Source of the DNA: Cladosporium halotolerans
Lineage: Eukaryota
Reading direction: 5' to 3'
Assembly: GCF_011745625.1 (NCBI RefSeq)
Contig: NW_027191469.1
Coordinates: forward strand, 1 to 64,000
Length of the DNA stretch: 64,000 bases
Part shown: piece by piece, positions 22,596 through 36,046 of the stretch
Layout: each line of letters opens with the position of its first letter
Position numbering within the stretch: position 1 is the stretch's first letter
Program-made: the position numbers and the translations under genes
The notes under the pieces: model-generated
The model's input: only the letters and a program-made list of their open reading frames with translations
Told to the model about the DNA's origin: nothing
The model's database searches: none

Positions 22596-23771
<1,176 letters not shown>

Positions 23772-24367
23772 TGTGCGTGCGTGGGGGATGTAAGTGAGGT
23801 GAGGAAGTGCCGCGGGCGGGAGCCGTGGATGATCAAACAACCGGGCTGCAGGAGAGCTGGCGCAAGTGAGGTGTCGCTGGGGAGGAAACGAGGCTGTGAC
23901 TGGCAAATGCGCCGCCGCTACCTGGAAAAAGTTGAGTGTGGTAGTGGGGATTTTGGCTTTGGCCAGGGTCGCGGCGCCGATCTGCTTGTCTGCCAACAGC
24001 GAGGCGCCGACCGCGGGGCAACACACAGAGCGAGCAGCCAGCGGCCCGCCCACTCCGCCGCCCGCAGCCTGCACCTCAGCCCGCGCGGCCTGAGGACGAC
24101 ACAACACGCCGCCCTCAGGCCAAAACATCCGCCTCCATCCGTCTGCATCTCCCTGTCACCTGCAGCGGGCCACACGCCCACCGGGTCCGACTCTGCCTCT
24201 GCCATACACTGCTATACCACGCTTCCCGCCTCCTTCGCATGTTTGCCTTGTAGCTGCTGGCTTTGCGAGCCAGCCCGGTCTGACGCTTGCCTCCCACGGG
24301 AGTTTCTTCTTCCTGCACACTTCATCCCTTGACCCACCTCAGCCTTGCAGTGCTGCCCTCGTCCGCC

Positions 24368-25307
24368 ATGATGCAGGCCGCGCCGGTCAGGAAGCGAAGA
24401 CGCAGTAGCGACGCGGACGGCCATGGCAGAGAAATAGAGCCGGCGGACAAGGTGTGTTTACGAATTGCCTCAATCGGAACCGGAACCACACTCTGACCAT
24501 TCCCAGAAAGCTAGACCTACCCTGACCTCTCTCAGCTCGGAGTCACTATGGCAGCCTCAGCACATCTTCAGCAGTCCATCGCGTTCGTATCATTCCCAGC
24601 AGGACAAATACGACAGCGATGACCACTCCTCCATGCTGTCTGAGCCCGGCAGCCCTCAGGTCATTAGTGCGGACGAGGCCGACCCCGATGCCATGTCTGA
24701 GGACGAAGACCTAGCCAGCTTTTCTCAGCAGCGGGCTGGGAGTCCAGATTACGAGCCCGGCTCCCTCCAGACTCCGTGGAAGGCTCGCACCCAAGCCGGC
24801 CACCGCATCCCAACTCCCATGATCCCCCGGCCCAAAACCAGCCCGATTCAAACCCACATCCGGCGCCGCCATCCTCAGGAAAACATCGGCTCGGACAGGC
24901 TTGACGTACCTTCTCCGATAGATGAAGACGAAGTGCCTACGCCACCATCCGCAGCCGAGGCAGCTGGTTCACAGCTCGAGCTCCTCAGCGTTAGCGACGT
25001 CGAGATGCAAGGCGCCGATCCCCTGCCTCAAATCGCTGTCTCGCCTTCTCAACCGCCCCCGAACACGAGCCAAGCACCTCAGTATAGCGATGAGCCCGGG
25101 TCTATGATGGTGCGCAAGCAGAGGCAACGAAGCGGCGCGCTGAGTGCGGGATACGGCTCGCCCATGCGCGATCCATCCGCAATGGCGACAGACTCAGGTG
25201 AGGCGTCTACGGCTGGCGTCAACAAGCGTGGCATCAGCATGGGGTACCGGCCCGACTGTGAAAAGTGTAGGCTGGGGGTGCCAGGTCACTTAAACCATTT
25301 CTTTTAG
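24368..25307 (+). CDS. Disordered fungal protein with a C-terminal CxxC-x6-H-x2-H motif; exons 24368-24451, 24507-25307
   Basis: In-frame GTGTGT...CTGAC...CAG intron; N-terminal RKRRR; ends SMGYRPDCEKCRLGVPGHLNHFF. Confidence 0.8.
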
Positions 25308-26029
25308 ACCGAGCGGTGTTGTCTGGCTTACGAACGCGCTGTTGCATGATGTGACGACTTTCTTTTTAGCTCATCCTGGTTGTTCTGGGCGTGTAAACAT
25401 ACATCGAGCAACATGCTGGAAGCGGCGGCGTTTCGGGTCTTGCTTTGTTGGCGACGGCATGGAATGGCATTAGGCGTATTTTTGGAGCATTTGTACCTTC
25501 GCTTCACTGAATTGGAAGAATCTACAAGCCATTCTCTTTCCAAATCTGTCTCTTGAGATTTCTACTGGGACTTAGAAAATAGTGGCTGGCACATTGGTTA
25601 CTACTGAAGTAATCCTCGGCTCTGACTCGGAACCTCAATGGTTCATGCATTCTCTTTACCATTCGGCGATGGAATTGCGACTTCCTGGAAGGCTCAAAGT
25701 CAAACTCGGGTCGAACGAGATGGACTTCTCTCTCAAAGATCTCGGAATATCAATAAACAATGCTTCTGAGCCGCAGGACCGGGTAACTCATCACAGCAGT
25801 TGCAAGAATACCAAGCTTGAGTTTGGATGGATTCGTAAGTGCAGGCGGAAGCGGGCTGTAGCGAAATGCTGCGCGCTCCTACCTGTGGCCTCGTGTCATC
25901 ACCAAACACGTTACAAGATAAAATTCGACGTGAGCACAAGAGCGGTACCCAGGCAACATCTCATCCTCGTTGTCCCACGGTCTCAATCCCGTTTGTGCAC
26001 ACTACCTGTTCGGCTCCCAAGGTCGAGCG

Positions 26030-27107
26030 ATGACGACCCTGAATCACGAGGAGGCACTGCGTGAACTACGCTCAGAGTGCAAGAATGCCAACCTCCCACG
26101 CGTCATCGACCTCCTTGCGACTGTATTGCTTGAACCTGTCGATGCCAGTCAATGCTTGAATCACACGAGAGGTTGCGTCCCTGTCATGCGCTGTTTGTTC
26201 GAACTCGGTGCCGACCCCATGTCTTACAAGTTGGAACCGCGGACTGGCTCCTGCAGGAAAGGACCAGGCGATTTGTCCATAGAAGTGGTCAAGCTTCTGG
26301 TCGAATTCGGATACGACGTCAAGTCGACTGGGCATTTGATCCTAGAGTAAGCACTCAAGCAAGCTGCATGGGTGTGCGAGAACTCATCGCTCAGCTAGAG
26401 ACTTTGTGGACTCCCAAGAATCTCTTGACTGGCTCCTCGACCAAGGTGTGGACATCAATCGCACACGAAACGACGCCACGCTCGCACTCACAGGAGGCAA
26501 GAGGGGCTACGGCAGTTACAATCTTCGGCAACGCCAGTACTCCGTCGTGGTCCTCAACTACGTCGCCGCAAGGGGAGACATTCGGCTCTTCGACCACCTC
26601 GTGTCCCGCGGAGCGGATCCCCAGCGCAGCCTCGCGCTCCACTATGCGACTCGATGTTTAGAGACGGAGAAGTCTGTTGCCATGATTGACCATCTGCTAG
26701 ACCATTATGGTATGGACATCCACGCCGACAACGAGAAGATGCGGGATAGAAGTAATTCCGCCGACGATTCCGGGAAGCCGTTAAACAGCGCGGTTGTGGC
26801 AGGCAATCTGCCCGCAATACGCAGGCTCTTGGAGAGAGGCGCGCGGCCTGATTACACTGCGGTGGCATGTGCGATCGAGTGTGCTTATTTTAAGGATCTC
26901 CCAGCGGGTCTGAATGCTCTGCTCAAGGCGGGCGCCGACGCCGGTGATGCCCTTGAGCAAGCCGCTCAGAAAGAAAACGTGGACGCTGTGAGAATTCGTC
27001 TGGCGTATGGCGCTGATCGAGACAGGAGTCTGCAACAGAATCGCGCTTACTTCGAGAATAAGGCAAGAGATCTGGTCCCTAACGACCATTCGGAGGGGGT
27101 TTTATGA
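26030..27107 (+). CDS. Ankyrin-repeat protein, C-terminus possibly degenerate; exons 26030-26346, 26399-27107
   Basis: Ankyrin-like LDWLLDQGVDIN, HLVSRGADP, GKPLNSAVVAGNLPAIRRLLERGA, ALLKAGADA; in-frame GTAAGC...TAG intron. Confidence 0.75.
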
Positions 27108-29465
27108 TGCAGAGGAAGAGGAAGAGGAAAGATTCGCGCACTTCGAAGGCTCCTTGGACCATCAACGATGAGAAACCCGCGCCCTATGGTGAGCAGTCGC
27201 GCTGAACGATGTTGCTGGAGCTTTTTGAGAAAAATCACGACGCCTAATACACTTCCCACTTCGCGATCGCTCGCAGTCCATTCGGGATACGCCTAAGGAG
27301 CTGCAGGGATCTTTTCTACTGTCACCCGATATGCATTCGTATTGTGCTCCCTTGGCCTCCTCGCACTCGTTATCCAGATCAAGTTGTTGCACTTCAGCTT
27401 TGTGACCACTCACCAACCGCGGCTAGGGCTTCACAACATCCTTCGCAACACGCAGCTCTCCATCCGGTACACGCAGTCAGATGATGGCGGTGTGAATATA
27501 TGGCTTCAAACTCAATAGGCCCGAGGAGACTAAAGATGCCCAGACAAAAAGTCCTAGCTGAAGAGCCAAAGTCATCTTCGCGCTGTTTTGAGATCTGACA
27601 TAAGAAGCCACAAGGTTACCGCAAAAGGAACAAGCCAAGCATTTCCCGACAGGCTGGCTCGGCAGCATGGGGAAGCATCACTCCGCGTGATCCTCCATGT
27701 TTCCGTGCCATGCGAATCCGTACCATCCGGACCAAAAGTCTTTGTCACATTATCAAGGCATGCGTTTAAAAGGCGTTGAATCACTCATCAACTCAAGCGT
27801 CACAGGGTCTGTTCCATGCCGCGGCAACTGACTGTATGTCATAAGGGTCCGACCACAACCGACAAGACATAAAGCCTACTGCCAATTCTCCGGGATCGAG
27901 ACCGCCTCCGAGATGGTGACCAGGATGCTCGCTGTTCTCAATCATCACAAGGACAACGAGAGTGTACTGCATGGGTCAGACGCTCTCATGGTTGTTGTTG
28001 TCAAGAGCGTTGTTTAGCTTTGCATTACGTGTCTTGGCTACAAGTCGTTTCCATTCGTCGACCCGGACGAGTCGTCCAGATACTGGTCACTCGCAATCAC
28101 TATCAGCTGGCAGGTTATTATGGTCGACAAGCCTAGTGGTGACTACATTACTCCAAGCCATCTGTTCTGGATCACTGGTCTGGGAAAGCCTCATTTTAAG
28201 CTTTCGCGTAGAAAAGCGGGCGGGCAGCGCCATATGCACGTGAGAGGATCGAACAAGGTCGAGATTCGCCGCGAACCTTGACGCCATGTCATGGTCCTTG
28301 TTGAGGGATTGTTCAGACGGTTAGATGCTCGCACACACGCTGAGTTTGACCAGAAACCATCTCTAATATGCCCTCGGGACTTTTGGGCCGAGAGACGATT
28401 GGGTTGTGTGGCTGTGGCGATCGATCCAGATCGTGTATCTAACGTACTGGGCACATTAGAGAAAGCATTCTACTCACGCCTTGGCGGATTGATTTGTCGT
28501 CCTCCTGCAGCTCGAAGGCGGGGGGAAGTGCAAGCGTTACCTCACTTTGGCATTTGCACTGGTAAGGCGCATGAGGGCTCAACCGCGTACCAGCTCATCT
28601 CTTGATACCTATCGCAATCGATGACGACTGGATAAGCAGCGCTCCGAATGGCAGACAGTGGTCTCCTGTGCTGGTGGACTCATTCGGAGACTCGCACGCC
28701 GGTGGGCGGATTCGTATCATCTTGGCTGACTTGGCACCAAGCATACAAACATATCAGCCCACTTCCGTATATGGAAGACACGGGTTCACATGCACGCGGA
28801 TGGAGAAAACGATCGGCTTGCTGCAATCTGCTGAGTCTTCCTGACTGTTAAGCATGTTGAACAGGTAAGAGAACGCCAACGTTTCGATCATCAAATCAGT
28901 CTTATTCCCAATTGTCGGGTAGCGTCTCAGGATTCGGTACTGCTCATCGAGAATAAGTGCTTGAAGATTAGCTCCGCTCACTTCAGCCTCATACTTCCTT
29001 AGCCGCCTGGTTTCTTCTAGTGCATTACTCGCAGGCGGCATAGCACAGGCGCAACCCAGTGAGCAAGCCGTGTCGATGCGCCGCATATCTTCCGCAACGC
29101 TCCGTCGGTGCAGTGGGCGTCCCCTCGTGCATCATTGTACCGTCAGCTCTCACCAACATTTAGACCAGATGGTGGTCCAGCTACACGCCACACATGTATA
29201 CCTGCTGTGGCTTATTGTACCACTATCATATCCTGGTTGGAATGAGTCTTCTGAGCAAGCACGTGGCGTATATGCAGGCACGAAATGGTTCTCGATCAGT
29301 TGAGACCACCTCCATGAAGAGATTCCAGCCGCGAAGATCACGAGTGGTCTTTGGAACATGTTCCTCCAACGGAGATAAAAAGGTTAGTAGAGTACTCACT
29401 ACTTGATTTCAGCACTTCGGCAGCCTCGCTGAGATACTCATTTCATTCTTGTCAACATCTTCAAG

Positions 29466-31483
29466 ATGCCGAGATATCTTCAATCTGCTATCTGCGTCCT
29501 TGGGGCATTGACTGCTCCTTTCGTTTCCGCGAAGGACTGGGATAGCCCACCATACAGATTTCTCTATCAATTCGAGATGCCCATCGCTCCCATCAAGCAG
29601 CCCCTCAGAACATTCAACTTTCCAAACGCACCTCCGATTGATTACTACGAAATTGACGTCAAGCCGTTCGAATCACAAATTTACCCCAATCTGAAGAAAA
29701 CCCGCCTCGTGGGATATGATGGCCAGGCTCCCGGGCCTACCATCATGATCCAAAGGGGCCGCGAGTCTGTGGTGCGTTTCCTCAACCACGCTGATCGCCC
29801 AAATTCTGTCCATCTCCACGGATCGTATTCGCGCGCGCCATTCGACGGTTGGGCCGAAGACACTCTCCAGATCGGGCAGTATAAAGACTACTATTACCCA
29901 AATTCACAGAACGGCAGGACCCTCTGGTACCACGACCATGCGGTCGCGCATACGGCCGAAAACTCCTATTTTGGGCAAGCCGGCTTCTACCTGATCCGTG
30001 ACCCCGAGGAACAAAATATGCCAGGCCTCCCGCAGGGCAAATATGACATCCCGATCTCGCTCACTTCAAAGAGATATAACGAAGACGGCAGTCTTTGGAG
30101 CCCGGAGGCCAACGAGGAAGTCCAGAATTTATTCGGCGACATCATCCAAGTAAACGGTCAACCATGGCCATTTCTAAGAGTAGAGCCACGCAAGTACCGA
30201 CTCCGCTTCCTGAACTCGGCCGTCTCGCGGACTTTCGAGATGTACTTTCAGACTCCATCCGGCTCGCGTGCGAACATGAAGGTCGTTGGGTCTGACTCTG
30301 GTCTACTCTTGAACCCGGTCGACACTACCCAGCTCGATACCTCCGTCGCCGAACGATGGGAGGTCGTCTTCGACTTTGCTCCATTCAAGGGGCAGAACGT
30401 CACGCTGAGGAGTAACGCAGACATCGCCGATAACGACAAATACCTTCATACTGACAAGATCATGCGATTTGTGGTCGGCAATACCGTGTCCGATACGAGC
30501 AATAACGGCGATCTGCCCGCGAAGCTCCGCGACGTCGACTTTCCACCAGACCAGAAGACCGTCTCCCACGAATTTCAATTCGAACGTCAGGGCGGCCAGT
30601 GGGTGATCAACGGCGTGACATGGGAAGACGGGCCTGAGAAGCGTGTGCTCGCCAAACCCCAACGTGGCGCCGTCGAAAACTGGATTCTCAAGAACGGTGC
30701 CGGAGGTTGGACGCACCCCATCCACATGCACCTTATCGACTTTCAGATCGTAAGTCGTAGGGGAGGAACGCGGAATAACGTCTTACCCTACGAGAAAGTG
30801 GCTCTGAAAGATGTCGTATGGCTTAACAAAAACGAGGAAGTCAATGTCATCGCTCGTTATGCGCCGTGGGACGGCCTCTACATGGTGTGTGATCTCACTG
30901 ATTCCTGAGTCGAATACCCGGAGCTGACTTGTAAACCCAGTTCCACTGCCACAACCTCATACACGAGGACCACGACATGATGGCTGCCTTCAACGTCACA
31001 GCCCTTTCCGACCTGGGCTACGACGAAAAGACGACCTTCTTAGACCCGATGGAACCTCGCTACCGCCCGAAGTCCTTCTCAGACGCAGACTTCCAAGGCC
31101 GCACGGGCGACTTCTCGCCGTCAGCCATCGAACAAAAAGTGGCCTTCTTCAGCAACCTGGAAGCCTACCGTAACGTGGGCGCCGTGCAATCACGCCTCGA
31201 AGCGTACTGGAAGACGGCTTCGGCCAACCCAGGCGGCGCAGCGTCGTCGACGTCCGGGGGTTCGGGCTCAGGCTCGAGCACGCAGGCCACGACGCTATCG
31301 ACTTCGGTTGTGCCGTCAGGCTCCAACTCGGCAACCGCGTCTGCGACAAGCTCGCGTGCTTCGAGCTCGACGTCCACGCGGGCTTCGACTTCTACGCGTG
31401 CGTCTTCGACGACCACACGGGCTTCGTCTAGCACGCGGTCTTCCACAAGCACAAGGACTACTTCTACTACGACGAGGGCGTAG
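29466..31483 (+). CDS. Secreted bilirubin oxidase-type multicopper oxidase with Ser/Thr-rich tail; exons 29466-30884, 30941-31483
   Basis: Signal peptide and all four copper motifs: SVHLHG, LWYHDH, HPIHMHL, and MFHCHNLIHEDHDMM across the splice junction. Confidence 0.95.
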
Positions 31484-32658
31484 CGGTCGGGCATTCATGC
31501 GACTTGAGGTGGTTCCGGCGACATCCAACAACGGAGTCCTGGTTCTGAAACAACAAGGCCGGTGCATGTAGAGGCGGCGCGTTTGATGACTATTGGTGCG
31601 TTCATGAGATACGTAGTTACGAGAAACGGACAACTGGTTTATGAGTAGTCACAAAGGCAGCAGCAATCGTACAAATGTGAAATACGTTCATTCATTCTAT
31701 GCCACAGAGAGATATAAAGCGGGTGAAGTGAAACGAAAAGAGATAAAACGTGGGCCCAAACTCGACCAAGAAACACCAACATCTTCCTCCAACATGTCCC
31801 ATGCCCATCAAAAGCAAAGATGCGCCGTTCCCAAAATGCAGGTTCCTGCCCGGTACACATTAATCTTCCTCTTCGATTTTGTGCGTGTGTTGTGTATCTT
31901 TTCCCGTCATGCCAAGAGATTGGTTTGGATCTTTTTTCTGTACAAGGAACGCCGAGGAATGGGGGGATATCATTCGGATAGACAAAAAAGGTGCTAAACA
32001 AGGGAGAAGGTACTGTCGTGTAGTGGCTGACCGGTTCATCTGATTGCAGAGAAGGCGTGCATTTGGTTCACTGGAGATCGGAGTGAAAAGTATCCGGACA
32101 CCAAGATGGCTCCGTGAGAATTCGGCGACGTCTCTCCAGAAGTCCAAGTTATGCTTCGCGACCATTATACCAGTACTGCAAGACCATCGCAGCAAACAGA
32201 AGAACGACAGGCGTCAGGTAGTGGAGGAGGGCGAGTCATAAGATGCGGCATGAATTGCTCTGGTACCTACAATGTCGCAGAGAAACCGAAGATCAGTCAA
32301 AGAGTTTTGGGAACTCGAGTGCATGAGCAATAGTAGACAGGGACCACCAAAAAGAAGCAAGGAGCGCCATCCGCCATGAGTACCACTGCCCAAACGCCGA
32401 CCAAACTCCCAAGTGCGGGCGCCGCCTTGTGTGCAGCAGAAGGGTCGCAAGGTTGTCGAGAAACGTAGCCGCATGATCATGACCGTACATGTCGTGGGAC
32501 AAATAACCCAGCCCTTTTGCCGCGAACACACAGGCGGTTAGCTTGCAGTTGGCAGTAGCGACGCTAAGCAGCAGCAAGCAGGCATGAAGACGAGTGAAAA
32601 CATCGCCGAAGATCAATCGACGGAAGCAATGATAGCACGAAAGGAAATTGAGTAAGAC

Positions 32659-34365
32659 TCACCATCTTTGCCCTTCGATCCTCCGAATCCACCCAGCAGT
32701 AATTTTGAGCCGTTCTCTGACAGTCGTTGTCGGGAGCAGCTTGTACTTCTCCTCGTCGCTGATGGGTAACACGCTGGCAAACCAGAAAGGAAACAATGCA
32801 GGATCGCTTGGCGGCTGGCCATGGATGTCTAGGACGCGCTGCTGCAGCCAGTTCGCGCTTCTTGCACGCATACGGTCGATGAACGCGCTGCCGATGTCTA
32901 GTAAGGCACGTGTAGACATGCGATCGAGGACAGCTTCGGGCGTCTCGGTGGGTTGTGCGGGCGTGCCGTTGATGGTGGGCTGAGGTGCTGGAAGAGGCAT
33001 AGAAGTTTCAAGAGCTTCGATACGTTCTTCTTCAGCGGTCGAAACATCTTCGATGCGCTCCACGTTGCCGACTGCGTAGCCATCATGAAGACCATGAGCA
33101 CGGACGCGGAAGCGATAGGCACCGCGAGTCTCAATGAGACTGGTGCCGTCGGGCAGCATTTGGTTGTGAACAATCTCCATCATCGTGCCGTACTGATAGA
33201 AGTGCACTGTGCCCAGGTCGCCTTGTGGTTCATTGTAGCGATTGTACATCAGCATGCCAAACTGTCGATTACCTTCAAGGCAACGGCGAAGCATGAGACG
33301 GTAGCGTGGCTCGAATATGCGGAGGAAGGTTGGCATGCGAGGAAACCCAAGAGCGCAGACAAAGAGAGGTGTTGAAAGAGCGCCCTCGCCACCAGTCTCT
33401 TCAACGGCCACGGCTCGTCTTCGCGCAGCAACTGTTTGCGGACAGAGCGCATCCAAAAGCGCGGAAAGCGTCTTGTTGCTGGGATGTCCAAGCAACGAAG
33501 GAGGTAGGCCCAGCTCGCGACGACACACTGGACAGTGCAGAGAATGATCCAGCGTCCTCGTGAGACATATCCGGCACAAGGTGTGACCGCAAGGAGTTGT
33601 CACCGGGTCGAGGAGCAAGTTGTAGCAGACCTGGCAGTCCACATGGTTGTGCGTGGCTTCGAGCACGTCCTGCAGGATATCGTAGTCCAGCAAATGCTGC
33701 GCATCATCTGTTGATGGTGTCGAATGGTAAGCGACATCGTTCGCACGATAAAGCTCGCCTTTCGCGGCAAGAGAGTATGTCGCAACCAGACGGCCGCCAG
33801 GTAGCGTTTGTGCATTATCCTTCTGTAACACCGGTTCGCCACTCACGATTTCGTCCCAGCGTACCAGCTCTTGTACCAACGTCGTCGTGTTTCCGGCGAT
33901 TGAAAGCTGTCTTGCCACAATCTCCGCCACAGCATCCAGAATCTTGCTTGCAGTGACATCCACACTGCAATCCATAGCGGGGTGCTCATGTCCGCAGTCG
34001 GCAAACGGACACTCGATGGCGTGTTTTCGCCCAGGTAGGTCGGGGTAGGAGACGTTTTCTCGCTCGTGCAGCTGCGGCACACATTGTCGGCAAAGCGTGT
34101 TGCCGCAGGGAAGTGTGACGGGTGTCCTGAAAGGCCTGGAGCAGAGCGGACATTGTATCAGACGCACCAGCGCGCGAGCGTCCTCGTGGGCTGCTAGGCC
34201 GGCAGGCGCGTTGTTATCCGATTCCAGTGCATCTTGGCGCATAAAGTCTTCCGCGGGCGCCTGCGCCGTAGTCGCGTGTGTGCTCGTCGCTCTCGGCGGC
34301 GCCTCCTCCTCTATCGGCGAGGAATCGAGCGGCAGATCCCCAGAGGCGGCGTAGAGTGCGCTCAT
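32659..34365 (-). CDS. LON peptidase N-terminal domain and RING finger protein (LONRF/CrgA-like); a short terminal exon may follow the GTGAGT donor at 32662
   Basis: Two RINGs (CPLC...PVTLPCGNTLCRQC; CQVC...PVTTPCGHTLCRIC...CPVCR) and a LON substrate-binding domain (LRIFEPRYRLMLRRCL...FGM). Confidence 0.9.
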   Translation of the reverse strand: MSALYAASGDLPLDSSPIEEEAPPRATSTHATTAQAPAEDFMRQDALESDNNAPAGLAAHEDARALVRLIQCPLCSRPFRTPVTLPCGNTLCRQCVPQLHERENVSYPDLPGRKHAIECPFADCGHEHPAMDCSVDVTASKILDAVAEIVARQLSIAGNTTTLVQELVRWDEIVSGEPVLQKDNAQTLPGGRLVATYSLAAKGELYRANDVAYHSTPSTDDAQHLLDYDILQDVLEATHNHVDCQVCYNLLLDPVTTPCGHTLCRICLTRTLDHSLHCPVCRRELGLPPSLLGHPSNKTLSALLDALCPQTVAARRRAVAVEETGGEGALSTPLFVCALGFPRMPTFLRIFEPRYRLMLRRCLEGNRQFGMLMYNRYNEPQGDLGTVHFYQYGTMMEIVHNQMLPDGTSLIETRGAYRFRVRAHGLHDGYAVGNVERIEDVSTAEEERIEALETSMPLPAPQPTINGTPAQPTETPEAVLDRMSTRALLDIGSAFIDRMRARSANWLQQRVLDIHGQPPSDPALFPFWFASVLPISDEEKYKLLPTTTVRERLKITAGWIRRIEGQRW

Positions 34366-36046
34366 GTGCGCTTAGGTGGTGGTGTTGGGGAGTGTGGCGG
34401 GCTCCATAAGACCGCAAGCTGGCTCGCGGAGTTGACTGGAGGGTGAGGAAAGAAGGGTCGAGCGCGCGAATCGGAGTCTTGTGCGTCAGGCGAAGGCGAG
34501 GGTGTTTGTCTGGTATGTGTACCCTGCAGTCGCCTCGGGAGCCGTGTGTTTCTGGTGGGGGATCTGGGATCTCCGATATCGATGACGTCTGAAAGGGTCT
34601 CCGCCGGGAGCTGGCAGCATGCAGACCCAAGCAGCCGGGATGTGAAGAAGAAAGCGCAGGTCCGCGGCGGGCGGCGTTACTGCGCTGTCGATTGGGTGTC
34701 GGTGTGCAGGGATATGTGATGGAGAGAGGGTCGAGGGCAGGTCGGCGAGGAGAAGGTGGAAGATAGCACAGCAGATCAGGGCAGGAGAGGCGGCGGGCGG
34801 CGAATGCGAGGTTGGCAGCGAGGGACGGCGCGCTCGCGGTCGACGACGACACGACTGAGGCGGGCGGTGTCAGCGCAACCTGGCCGGGTACAGAGGTACC
34901 ACACTTGGAGGGCGCTTGCGCTGCTGGCGCTGGCGCAGGAGCTGCTCCTCACGTTTCGGGTGGGTGGATGGCGGTGCTTCCGGCCTTTGATCGCCCGCCC
35001 ACGCCGCGATGTGCACAGCCAAACACTGCGACCTGCGATCGAGCGCCGCCACATCGAGGCATCATCGCCCGGCCCGAGACTTGATGCTGCGCTTAAAGCG
35101 TCAGCCCTTCGGGATAATCGAAACAAACAGTCCGTGGATTCATCTCTGCGCACTGTCTGGTCGCGCGGTTGCGTAGGCTGCAAGATCAGAAGTGTAGTGT
35201 ACAGTCCACAATGTAATGTGGCTATTGCGGGCGGTAAGCAGAGAAGCACCGTTCGACCGTCTCTGGCGCGCCGCCTATTTCGTCCTAGCGGTATAGCATA
35301 CCTCTACGCTTTAACCTTATTCGCACTGCTCCGCTGGGACTGTACGCAGTTCACGTGTGCATCGATACAAACGCGACAAATGGTGGCCTAACAATAAGAT
35401 CAATCAAGTATTTGCATAAAATTGCCGACGGTGGAAACTATTTAAAATCATCTTCTGTCAGCGACGCAGATACTAGGCCATTTCGACATGGTGAATAGTG
35501 GCATTGATTGCTCGGTTCTCGTTACACTCGGTGATGGCGCGGCATCGAAAGCTCTCGATGTTGGTGCCCGCGTGCACCCCTCTGCATCGTGAAGACCCAC
35601 CCATGCCAGTGGCGGATGCCGGATTCTAGAAACGTTCGGCTCGTGGATGTTCCTGATCCGACGCGACCCTTGCGTGCTACGCGGCTGGGCGGTACCAACT
35701 CGCTTGTCCTACTCATGCCGAGCGGCATCTAAATCACCGCATCTATTGTACGAGTCAAAACGAAGAGGAATGCGTAGGGTCATAATCTTGAAATTGCGGG
35801 CGTCACTCGACCGCTGAGGTTAAAGGAAATGACAATCGTGAGTGATGTAGCTGTTCGACTAGCTGCCAGCCCTTGCCAACCCCGAATAGTGCCGAGAGCC
35901 AAAACCTGCTCGTCCCAGAAACGCCCCAATAGAGAGTGCCTATTCCTCGTGTAGACAACATAATGCGCGCTGCTGCCGCTCAAACAGTAAACGCCATAAA
36001 ACAAGCTCTTTCCGCGTCACACCCGCCTCATCTGAAATCTTCCTAT

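Noticed and set aside
32477..32662. A spliced CaaX-like ending (PTTCTVM) for the LONRF protein
   Set aside because: The phase-2 donor joined to the AAG acceptor gives WAGLFVPRHVRS*. CTVM is in another frame and is not followed by a stop.
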